This document shows, one piece after another, positions 1-11,898 of a stretch of 64,000 nucleotides of DNA (the first letter of the stretch is position 1; every line of letters begins with the position of its first letter). Origin of the DNA: Antedon mediterranea (taxonomy: Eukaryota; Animalia; Echinodermata). The DNA lies in assembly GCF_964355755.1 (NCBI RefSeq), contig NC_092670.1, forward strand, positions 1,354,201 through 1,418,200, written 5' to 3'. Under the pieces are notes generated by a model. It was not told the DNA's origin. It ran no database searches and saw only the letters and a list, made by a program, of their open reading frames with translations. The position numbers and the translations under genes were made by a program.

Positions 1-137
1 AATATTAGTAGCCTACCATCACATATTGTACAAAGGAAGCCAAAACGTTTTAAAATTGTTATATACACTGGTAATAGATTTCATGTTTTGTATTTGAATA
101 TTAATTATTATATTATTAGTACAGTAATATACAGTAC

Positions 138-825
138 CTTTCAAAAAGCTTGAAGTTATTGCCAGATGGCCATTCACCAATAAAAGTTGCCATTTTCCAT
201 AAAGTAGAACTCGTGTCTACAAGCTCTTTGAAGCGTGGATGCACCTACAAAATAAAACAACATAAGAATTATATTGTTAAAACCTAAAAAAATAAATGCC
301 ACACTAAAAGAGGGAAAAGGCAACAATACATTTCTTTTTAAATAGTTTATTTATTAAATAGTATTCTACCTGTCTCATTTTAATTAAATCCTTGCATGGT
401 AACCCTTTCAAAATAAGTAACAGTAACTCATCAGGTAATGAGAGAAATCCTTCTTGACGACGACACAAACGAAGCTGACGTAACGGTACTCTGTTTGAAA
501 TCAAATCTGGAAATACATAAAATAAACGTAGGCTATACTATATAATTTATAAAGCAATTAAAATTGTATTTAACCTAGGCCTAGACCAATTTGAGCCTAG
601 CTAGAGGCTTGTTCTGAAAACGGTTGACTCAACCGTCATTGCACCCACCACTCTCGCTTGTCTCGACTGCCTAGCCTAACTAAATAGGCCTACCAACCTA
701 CCAGCAGTACCACAGGTACCACCTAGAGCGCTCGAGGCTAGCTTTTTGAATACATTATTATTAGACCTAGGCATGTTCATGACTTTCTTACCAAACTATA
801 TCGACCTGAGAATCATACCTTTCAT
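138..825 (-). CDS. CCNF: Cyclin F (FBXO1), 5' part; the gene continues off the left edge
   Basis: Exons 825-819, 506-370 and 244-138 have GT/AG boundaries and join to MKDLISNRVPLRQLRLCRRQEGFLSLPDELLLLILKGLPCKDLIKMRQVHPRFKELVDTSSTLWKMATFIGEWPSGNNFKLFER. This is an F-box (LSLPDELLLLIL) followed by WPSxxNxKLFER, which I recognise from vertebrate cyclin F. Confidence 0.85.
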
Positions 826-1138
826 ATCGCTCCTTTTTTCTGCTTGATGAGAATAATATACCTAGTTATTCAGGCCCTAAAATATAAACTACGAGTCTTT
901 TGAATTTGTCTAAACCGAAACCCCGGTTAAATCCAATCGGCCGTTGTAATTTATGCACATGTGTTTTTACATCCGCTAAGACATCTGATTGGTCTATTCA
1001 AGTTAAGTACCGCCTCTTTTTGCCTAATTTAGTGAATGAGTTCAAAGGTTATTTTTAATACGACACGATAGAGCCCTCTATCGTTAACCTTTAATATTTT
1101 CACAACATCGCAAAAATCATCATCTGTTTGCATTGAAA
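826..1138. promoter_or_regulatory. Putative bidirectional promoter shared by CCNF and HID1
   Basis: Only 313 bp lie between the divergent ATGs. The interval has CCAAT at 933-937, ATTGG at 988-992, CHR-like TTTGAA at 899-904 and TTCAAA at 1041-1046, and is richer in CpG than the surrounding introns. Confidence 0.6.
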
Positions 1139-4100
1139 ATGGGAGGTACAGATTCAAAGCTAAATTTCCGAAAAGCTGTTGTTCAACTTACAACAAAGAC
1201 TCAAGTAAGTATTATATCTATCTTTTCTGTCATTTAAGCCGAAAATAGTAACAAATTATTTGATAAATTGACTGTAATAAAATGTGGTTGATTAAACATT
1301 ACCTTTCTAGTAGGCTATACGACGTGGGTTGATGATGTGACGTGTCTGTACTGTCCAGTGGAGTGGTGGTAGAGTAGTAGTAGGCTTGAGTAGTTTAGGA
1401 GTAGTAGGCTAGAGTAGTTAGGAGTAGGCTAGCACAGGCGTAGAGAGACTTCTGACTAGGCCTGCATCCCGAGAAGGCCTTTGTATGTATGTAAATTCCA
1501 GGACCAGTGTTGTAGAGTTTTATTTATCGTGTCTATTTTATTTGTAGGCAAACTTGTATGTAAACAAATTGATCGGATCGATCCAATTGGAGCCATCCAA
1601 TTGATCTGCCTAGACTAGAAACCTAATTCTATAAAAGTCTATTTTAAAATAGTAGTTACGTTTAAAACTTATACAGGCCTAGGGAGTAGGCCTATTTCTA
1701 TACTATAATATTTATTATTTAACATTTTCAGGATTAAAATATTAACAAGCCAAGTACAATTACAATACAGCTTTTACTTAAATTTAAAAAAACAAGAAAT
1801 TCCTTTAAAAACATTAACATTTTGTTAATGTTCATCTGATCTCTAGCCTGTTGAAGCCGGCGATGATGCATTTTGGGATCAGTTTTGGGTAGATTCCGTA
1901 GCAAGTGTAAGTGACGTGTTTGCCTTGATACCAGCTGCCGAGATCAGAGCTCTAAGAGAAGAATCACCTACAAACTTGGCAACTTTATGCTATAAAGTAA
2001 GCATTCAAGGAATGAAATAAACCTTGTGTTTAGAATAAGATAAGATTCTTTATCTCACTTGGAGAAAATATATGAAACATGACTTTACTACCCTTTTCCC
2101 TATGCAAGATACAGTATATTGTCCGCTTAAAAATAAATCTTAAAACAATTTTTGTTGAAATATGTCATTTTATTTTCACATAATGATTATCCACATTGAC
2201 CAAAATTTGGATCTAAACTATTTATTTAACTGAAAAATTATTATTTTTTTTTTTTTTTATGTAAGTAATTAACTTTATTAAAACTATAAAATAAACTATT
2301 CAAAGTCTGATTTAGTTAATCTTCATTTTTCATGTTTTTGGGGACAATACATCTTTGTGGTTTTTATTTTAATTGTTGTTATTGTGATCTTTTTTACAGG
2401 CTGTGGAGAAGCTTGTAACAGCAGCTGAGTCTGGCTGTTCGTCTCCCAATGATCAACACATTGTCCTCAACTGTGTCAGACTGCTCACAAGAATTCTGCC
2501 ATACATCTTTGAAGATCCAGACTGGAGAGGTTTTTTTTGGTCTACTCTGCCTGGACAATCAGTTAGTATCAGTAAAATTACTGCTGTAATTATAATAAAA
2601 TTACTCTGTAAAAAAATGGTTCCATTACTGAATTCTGAATGCAAGACAATTCAAACCATAGAATAATAATTATTTTTATGATTTATTTTTTTGTTTTCAA
2701 TTATAGAGTGATGAAGAAACGCAGCCTCTAGCCCAGTCTTTACTCAACTCTGTGTCAGATCTTCTCTTTTGTCCAGATTTCACCGTCTCTTCTCATAAAA
2801 AACCTGGACCAGTAAGTAACTATACTTCATAATCATCTTTATTGCAATCAATATATAAAAAAATATAGGATTGGATATTAATACAATTTACTACATAAAA
2901 TAATAAATAAAAACAAAAACGATGAAATAAAAATAGATACTTTCATTGTCACAAACAACCAAAAACAAAGCCGGGTATAGTCAAGGAAAAGGCAATTGGA
3001 CATGAATTGCATAATTTAAATAAAAAATGTTACTTCAGAATACTGCAGTAATTGTTTATATGTCTTCTATTTGCAGGATAATCATGAAGATCTTCAGTCT
3101 ATTGATAGCTGTGAGTATATTTGGGAAGCTGGTGTCGGATTTGCCAACACGCCCCCTCGTTATGCCCAGTACGACTTAATTCGATGTGAACTTCTTAAAC
3201 TGCTTCTTACGTGCTTTTCAGAAACTATGTATCTACCACCAATCAGTAAGTATATTCTAAATATAAAGTACTTTATATAAATCCTTTGCCGTTATTAAAT
3301 AGACATCGTACTGTGAAGATATCTGAACTGCCGCAAATATAGGTTAACATGAACAAGACGTTGAATAGGTCATTTTGCAGGTTTAATCAAGTTATTGACT
3401 TTCATAAAAAAAAACCATAACAAAATTTGTCACTTATAAAAAGACAAAATAAACAGTTAAATTCAACCAAAAACCTATTCTAGTCAATTTGACTATTTTA
3501 AAATTACAGTTTACCAATTTTTGGTCAAAGTGAATATTATGGTATAGAAACTATTATGCGACATTAAACTGGCATATCCAACAAAATAAATGCAAAACAA
3601 AGTTTTCAGGGGGAAAATATATCTTTTAAAAGCATACTTTTATAATACAATTTGTCATTAATATTCTTTTTTGCAGGTGATGCACACAATCAGCCAAATC
3701 TATGGATATCCTATTTCTGCTCAGCTGAAAACAGACATGCTCTACCACTCTTTACATCCCTACTTAATGTTGTGTGTGCTTATGATCCAATTGGTTATGG
3801 GGTGCCTTACAACCATCTCATGTTTGCAGATTATCGAGAACCGCTGGTAGAGGTGGCATCGCAGGTTTTGTGTGTTACATTGGACCATGAAGGCCCACCA
3901 GCATCACCGGTATCAGTTGATGGTACGGGTACTGGTGCTACGTTAGAGGGATCTCATGAGGTGAGTATAGTGTTTAGTGGCAAAAATGTAAAGATACTAT
4001 GAACTACAGCACCATTTAATGATGTGCTTTTTTAGTGTCTCCTCACTCAAGTATAACAACTGTATTTATCAAAATCCTGAATTAGATATCTTTTATTGTA

Positions 4101-7100
4101 CCTAGTTAACACTGCTGCCAATCTATAGATTTTTATAGATTAGATCAACTTTTAGGCTTTTCTTGTTCTTGTTGTTGTATGTGTTTTATATTTATATCTA
4201 TATTTTCATCCTGTAATTGGTGTATACACTGTTGGCTACCATAAACCTCTTGGTTTATGTTTTTATTACAGAGTGGTCCAGACAACTTGTTTGTGAATTA
4301 TTTATCCAGAATCCACAGAGAAGAGGACTTCTATTTTATTTTACATGGTTTAACAAGACTTTTGAACAATCCCTTAATACAGGTATTTATTTCATTATTG
4401 TATCTATAGAACCCTATTGGTTAGTCACCCCAGCTGTCTTGGATGATTAACAATTTGTAGATTTGATACAATTTTATTAGAGATATAAGATTTTACTAAA
4501 TATAATATTAGTAGGACTACTTGAAAGATTTTTAATTGAGATTTTCAATTTCTCTCATGGGTTAACTTTGTTTACTGATTTGATGATTGTATTTACCAAC
4601 TGTTTTTCTTTTAGACATATTTGCCAGGCTCCACAAAGAAGGTTGCCTTCCACCAAGAGCTACTGGTTCTTTTCTGGAAGATGTGTGACCACAACAAAAA
4701 GTTTCTCTTTTATGTGCTCAAAAGCAGTGATGTACTGGATGTTCTGGTGCCAATCCTGTATCATTTGAATGATGCCAGAGCTGATCAATGTAAGCGGTTA
4801 AATCTCCACATATAATTTGTAAAATTCAAATGCTACAGTACTGCTCCCAACCAGTCATCCATTCAGTATATTAGTAGTGATGTATAAAGTCTCTAGTCTA
4901 TCTGGTGAGGACTACATAACCTCAACTTGTTATAAAATTTAAATGTTCAATTTAAAATAGCGTGAATGCATGGCGTCTCTCAGCGCTATACAATCAACAG
5001 AAAGAAAAAAAAAGAAAAAAATTAATGTCAAGTATATGATGTTGACATAAACATTACAATTGATGATGTGGCAGAAAACATAAGCATGTAATTGTCTAAT
5101 CATTTTCTTCCTTTTTTTACAGCAAGAGTTGGTCTGATGCACATAGGTGTTTTTATACTACTCTTACTGAGTGGTGAGCGTAATTTTGGTGTCCGTCTCA
5201 ACAAACCCTACAGTGTACGGGTTCCGATGGACATCCCTGTATTCACTGGCACGCATGCTGATTTTCTCATTATTGTAAGTAAGGAATGTTATAATAATTT
5301 GTAATACGTCGTGAGGTGTTTTCCTGATTAATCGTACGATCAAAACGGTACTGGGTATGATCAACTAGCGTTCATGTTCCCACCTAATTATCCATTCATA
5401 GAAGTACTGATGAAGATATCAATCTGTGGTGACAATAGAATGGACACGAGACCTGATTATCTTTAACTTTTAAATAATAGAAAAGTTTTGACAAATTTGT
5501 TAGATTAGAAATGTAAGTTGTATGATAAACAGTACTGGGTATGATCAACTAGTGTTCATGTTCCCACCTATTAGTGCTGGCCCAAAATATCTGACTTATA
5601 TGTAGGAAAGTCTGGAAATTAGGTCTGGGAGAGTTACTAGTGTGTTCTTGGTGTCCAAGTCTGTTTTCATCATTTGTTTGTCATTGTTTCTAGGTATTCC
5701 ATAAGATCATTACGTCTGGTCATCCAAGACTGCAGCCATTGTTTGACTGCCTCCTTACAATTATTGTCAATGGTAAGTATGAATAGTTAGTTAGTTAATC
5801 CTCTGTTATCCCAATTGGGACCACAAATCTTGTTGTTTCAGTAACAAAGAGATTTTACTAGTTAGCCGGGTGCTCTATGAATGACAAGGGCCAAAATGAA
5901 CCAGAGTGCCTGGGTAACCCCTTACTCCTATTTTAAAAGAAAATAAAAGATTTTCTTCCTTTTTTTGGTTATCTTAGCATATTTTATGGATAATTTTTTT
6001 GTGTAAAGAGCTTAGAAACATTGTATTAGGCACTACCATTATTATTATTATTAAATATTTACACTGGCCCCCAGATTAAGTCTTTATCTATGAAGACATA
6101 TTCTACCACCAGAACTATAATGTGTAAGGAGTGCATTGACCTTTGCTTATTTAATGGCTATGGTTTGTGGTGCCCATGCCCTTTAAACCTCTTGACATAA
6201 TACGAAGTATGAATATTACTATACTATAACAGTTGTAATCCCAGGTTTGGACACTTTTAGAGTGCACTATCAAACATGTTGTGACAAAAAAAAAAGTGAT
6301 ATGCCCATATATGGACATAATTATGTCATATCACTACCATATTTAAGTATACCATAAATCATTTAACTAACATTAAGTTGTTTGTGTTCCAGTTTCACCG
6401 TATCTAAAAAGTCTGTCAATGGTATCAGCCAATAAGCTGCTTCATCTGCTGGAAGCCTTCTCAACCCCCTGGTTTCTCTTCTCCAACCCAGCAAACCACC
6501 ATCTTGTTTTCTTTCTCTTGGAGGTATTCAACAACATTATTCAATACCAGTTTGATGGTAAGTATATTTTTTCTTCATTTTTGTTTTCCTAATAAATTGT
6601 TGTGATATCCTTTTTACTTATTCAGATGTTACTAGCCTTTACTGGATAAGTTTCTTTATATTGATGTTTTCAGTTTTCTTATGCTTTTCTTTTTATCCAC
6701 AGGAAACTCAAATTTAGTGTACACAATCATTAGAAAGAGAAATGTATTTCACCAATTAGCTAACTTGCCTACTGACCAATCATCAATCAATAAAGCACTC
6801 GCTAAACGAGGACGTAAAATGACGCATACACCCTCAACGGAGCAGGAACCACAGACAATGGAGGGCGCTATACCTCCTATTGATGCAGAACCAGGGACGT
6901 TAAAGGCGTCATTGGCTGCTACTCCAGGTATGCTATATAGGTGTTATTACTAATGAAAATTTCAAAATATTAAATCTATAAATTTGAAATAAATAGTTAC
7001 TGTTGTTGTGGTAACTGGTTTTGCTTTCTCAATGATATGGTATGCAAATAACATCAGCACCACCACCTGATTTCAGAGGCAACATATCTTGACAAATCTC

Positions 7101-10100
7101 TATTAATAGTTTTAGGTCAAGTGGAAGCCATTGTAAGTATGTAAATAGACCATTTTAGCTTGCCGTTTCCTCAGTAGCAGTACAGAAAATGATTTTATTA
7201 TATTATTTAATGACAGGTGTTGAGTCAATGACTGAGAAATCCAAGCTAGCAGGCCCAGGGCAAGCCATGGTGGCTGCAGGCAATGCTCAAGGCATCCAGC
7301 CTACAACATCACAGCAAGCATCTTTACCATCTCAGGTAGTATACTATTGTATTTTCTTTTTATTCATATAATTTATTTGTATAAATATTAATAGCTTTGT
7401 TACATTTTTCGTATTGACACCAAATGCCATAGAATGTGACTAGATTTTTATAAAAAATAATATAACTGCAATCCCTTTCCATTATTTGTTTATTTATTTT
7501 AATATAATTATATACTCTTTTTTCAGACTGCCCCTGTTAGTGACACTGAGAGTTCAGTAGCTGACGATAGCAAGGCCTCGCCCACTAAACCAGGCTCGAC
7601 TCTAGCAGGAAACGTGGCGTCTATGACGCTTGACGATGGGCAGTCAAGTCATGTGAGAAGGGCGCCCTCTGTAACAAGTACAACCAGTGGTACTACGATG
7701 GGCGACTGGAAACCTACGACTGAATGGGTAAGTTTTTAATGTACTTACTAATGATGAAATTAATTATAAAAAAGAAGTTGCTTTAGAATAGTAACTTCCT
7801 TTTTTAATTATAGTCTTGTCCAACTGATACACAAAGCAAAATAGACACTTCTTCGCATTGTTTTGAACATTAAACATAATCATATTTCCCACCATTTCTA
7901 TTATAAAAATCCGCTATAAATTGTTCAATTCAATCAGTAATATGTAACAAACATCAGTGATATGATAATCTAAAATATTTTGTTCTTAGGTGCAAACATG
8001 GAAACAGAAGCTGCCTCTTCAGACCATCATGAGACTGTTACAAGTGCTTGTACCACAAGTTGAGAAAATCTGCATTGATAAGTAAGTTACTAAATATACT
8101 ATATACATTGAACTATGTCCTTAAGCTCAATCCTGGCCTAGGTTCAGAAATTTTAAATTAATAAGCCAAATTCAGTCATTTAAGAACAGATAGATTTAAA
8201 CGGTGGCTGTCAATACGGAAACTGTGTAGCAAGATTGTCAAACTGTATAAGAAACTATACAGATTTGTTTTAGGTAGGCTGGTGGGGTGTGGCAGTTTCT
8301 AACTAGCGGAGAGTCATTGGAAAACTTTAATAACATTTCAAAGAAACCTAATAGTATTATAGTCATTTTCTCTTCTTTTTTTAACAGAGGGTTAACAGAT
8401 GAAAGTGAAATTTTGAAATTTCTTCAGCATGGTACACTTGTCGGTCTTCTACCGGTTCCTCATCCAATATTGATTCGGAAATATCAAGCGAACAGCGGCA
8501 CACAGATGTGGTTTAGGACCTACATGTGGGGGATCATTTATCTCAGGTTAGTAATGTATAACATTATTTGTTTTGTTTTGTACCAAGTTTGCCAATGATG
8601 ATGACATTATCTTGTTTTCAATAAGTTTTGAATCTGTGGCCGTATTCATCAATCACACTTAGGCTAAGTTAAAGGCACATTCCCTAAGTTTTTGATCTAA
8701 TTTAAGTTCACAAACTGCATTTTATGTAAATTTAAATAATTTATTGACCTATTGCGATAATTTTTTTGTCTTTCAATGCTAAAAATGGGAAATATTACTA
8801 TTAGTTGATTCTAATAATGTAATATATTATTTCATTTTTCTTCTGGGATGCACCCACTTTCGATCAATCGCAAAAGCAAAACAAATGGAAGAACCGATAC
8901 TTTTCAACAGAAATTCCGGGTCTTCCCCAATTTGTATTATTAACATATTCTGCTAAAAAAGAAAGACAATTAATACAGCAACTAGACAACGCCAGACAAG
9001 GCCTATAGCTAGCGTATGATGTACAGCAACTAGACAACGCCAGACAAGGCCTATAGCTAGCGTATGATGTTTGTACATGTCATTGTTTACCAGCTAGGTC
9101 TACAAAACTAAGCCTAGCTAGGCTTGATCTAAAGACTCCATGAGAAGTAATTTGACACGAGCTACTTGCATTGTTTTTCTCTTTTTATCGTAATTAACCA
9201 TAAAACAGAAGTTTAATTCTGAGACCTGTAATTTTAAATTGTTCAATTTTTGAGTGTGTAATGTACTTCTTTTTAGGAACGTGGATCCCCCTATTTGGTA
9301 TGACACAGGCGTCAAGCTGTTTGAAGTACAAAGGGTTAAAGATATTAGTTGAATATAGTTTTTAACAATTCTATTAATATTATACAGATGAATGAATTGA
9401 TTTTATGTCTATAGTCATACTATGCCTATATATAGGCATAGTATGACTATATATAGTCATACTCTGCCTATATATAGGCATAGCCTTGACTATATATAGG
9501 CATAGTATGACTATATATAGGCATAGTATGACTATATATAGTCATACTCTGCCTATATGCCTATATATAGGCAGAGTATGACTATATATAGTCATACTAT
9601 GCCTATATATAGTCATACTATGCCTATATATAGTCATATAGGCATAGTCTTGACTATATATAGTCATACTCTGCCTATATATAGGCATAGTATGACTATA
9701 TATAGTCATACTATGCCTATATATAGGCATAGTCTTGACTATATACAGTATAGTCATACTATGCCTTGTCTTGACTATTGAATCCAATTGTATTCATATA
9801 GAATATTAATATACAAATAATGAATGTTTATGAGTGTAATGGTACAAATAATGGCACGAGGTGAATGATGAAAGGTTATATTTCAACGAGGCGATGAGCC
9901 GAGTTGAAATATCCTTTCATCATTCACCAAGTGCCATTATTTGTACCATTACACGAATACAAAACATTCATTATTTGTTTTATATAACATCTAAATAAAT
10001 TCTAGTTATTTGAATCAAATAAAAGGTAGCCCTAGCCAAAGTTTACTACATTTCATTCACACACATTTGATTAAAAACATTAACATTTCGTTTTAAATAA

Positions 10101-11898
10101 TTTTATATTTAATGTTATATTTATATGGATTTCGTAAACACACCTACTTTTGTGTTAATTATGTCAACAAACGACCAAATAATCCTAGGCCTAGCAAGGC
10201 TAAAACGCCTAGGCTAGGCCTAGCCTAATAATAGCATGGCCTAGGCTAGACCTAGTAGCCTAGTACTAGCTTGGCTGAAAGGCAAAACTTCGACAGACAA
10301 TTGGAACTTATCTAAGCTAATTATGGTTTTTCCAACAATTCCACGTCCTGTAGGGATGTCCCCATTAATTAATCAAAATCCTAAAAACGATCTAAAGCTA
10401 ATTTAAATGCCTTTTTGAATGAAATTAGTACATAATGTCCAAATCGTACACAAATATCTGCTGCTGTTGCATATCTCGAGGTGGTGTTTACAAATGAAAC
10501 TCAGACCAGACGACAGGTGGCGCTGTTGTATTTCACAGTACATAGCCATATCATAGGATAATTTGTGTACTAGATTTTTTTTCATCCGCGAGACGTTTTT
10601 TTTTTCGTACACAAAAATGTTTCAAAAAGTACTATTTAACGATCGTTGAATAGTGCGTACTATTGCACGCCATGTGACCCACATTCGTCCAATCAAATGA
10701 CAGGAATTTATTTAGGTGTTATATAATAAGTGTTATTTGATGAATAGCAATAACTTTCATACTAATTTCTTTTTTTTTATTCAAACAATTTTAATTATAT
10801 TTTTGAAAATCATGTTACGTCAATGAATAAAACAGATTCGTAAGCAGGTTTATGTGCTTAACAAAACACCTGTGAAAGTAAAATATAAATTTATTTATTT
10901 ATTTAAAAACATAAAATTACAAATTAAAAATGTATCTATTCCTGTTGGTGAAATTGGTAAAAAATACTTAGCTATTAATGTTCTGAAGTCTACACTATCA
11001 AAAAAAAGTGTGATGTGCCCAAATATGGTGGTGATATGGCCAAATAGGGTAGTGATATGACATCATCATGTCCATATATGGACACATCACATTTTTTTGT
11101 CACATAAAGTATGATAGTGTAGACAGAGTCTTGGTATATCAGTTTCTAGGATACATGAAGATGATATTTTTAAAAAAAGTTTGACACTTTTTACCAAGCT
11201 GGATTACAAATGGCTGCTGAAAACAAATCTGCAATAGTGCCATGGAGTTTGAGTTTATAAGTCATTTATATTTTGATTTATAATTTATTCATTGGCATCA
11301 CAGATTGCAATTTTACTTTATTTATTTGGTATTCTATTTTTTATTAACAACTTTTTCAAAATGTTTGATATGAACTCTAATTTAATCAAAGAGTATTAAC
11401 TATTTGTAATATTGTAATTGTATATAATTTTAATTATTGGTTCAAATGGAATATGTAATATACTAGATCTTTTTTATTATAATAATATGATTTGATTTGT
11501 TTTTACTGTAATTTTACATTATATAATCATATTTAAATGTTGCTAGCATTTTATGATAATGTTGGCTGTATTGTATTATTCTAGTTGAAATAATTAAACA
11601 AAATAAAACATTTTTTTTCTGATTGTTTTATTATATGCAAACAAGCTATGTTTAGATTATGTTTTGATTTCATTAAAATACAACTTCACCGCCTACTTTA
11701 GCCTATACATACAGTATAACCTTCCTAATTGTTTTATTTTCAGCTTTTCAATGACATTATAAATGTATACCTATTAACAAAAAATTCTCTTTTTCTCATT
11801 TTTCTCTATTCCAACATCTAAAAATGTTGAGCAGAAACTTGGATCCCCCGATATGGTTTGATACTGATGTGAAACTCTTTGAAATTCAACGCGTGTAA
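1139..11898 (+). CDS. HID1: HID1 (Golgi/dense-core vesicle protein, Dymeclin-like family), about 17 coding exons
   Basis: Starts MGGTDSKLNFRKAVVQLTTKTQ|PVEAGDDAFWDQFW. Approximate exons: 1139-1204, 1847-1996, 2400-2561, 2707-2811, 3077-3245, 3677-3960, 4272-4382, 4615-4789, 5123-5274, ~5694-5772, ~6393-6557, ~6703-6927, ~7218-7335, ~7527-7727, ~7991-8081, ~8388-8546, last exon 11835-11898 (RNLDPPIWFDTDVKLFEIQRV*). Blocks such as LLSGERNFGVRLNKPY and HGTLVGLLPVPHPILIRKYQAN match HID1. Confidence 0.95.
8973..9070. repeat. Tandem duplication of a ~48-bp unit (2 copies)
   Basis: tacagcaactagacaacgccagacaaggcctatagctagcgtatgatg occurs twice in tandem. Confidence 0.85.
9277..9352 (+). CDS. HID1: Alternative (duplicated) terminal coding exon of HID1
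   Basis: A ttttag acceptor is followed by (R)NVDPPIWYDTGVKLFEVQRVKDIS*. It has the same phase as, and is paralogous to, exon 11835-11898. Confidence 0.75.
9410..9778. repeat. Palindromic minisatellite (~20-bp unit in both orientations)
   Basis: tatagtcatactatgcctata and its reverse complement tataggcatagtatgactata are interleaved throughout. Confidence 0.9.
9813..10726. mobile_element. Non-autonomous hairpin-type DNA element (possibly Crypton-like)
   Basis: A long imperfect hairpin at 9813-9978 is followed by a 23-bp inverted repeat pair (9980-10002 and 10704-10726, 22/23 identical). There is no ORF. The superfamily assignment is inference. Confidence 0.55.
10988..11124. mobile_element. MITE (Harbinger-like, family with aagctctgtctacactatcaaac ends)
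   Basis: Inverted repeats gtctacactatca / tgatagtgtagac. The internal gatgtgcccaaatatgg sequence is shared with partial copies at ~6262-6345, ~24865-25000 and ~43005-43128. Confidence 0.7.

Noticed and set aside
9542-9787. MTIYSH/MPIYRH repeat ORFs on both strands
   Set aside because: They are a by-product of the palindromic minisatellite, with no supporting splice or codon evidence.
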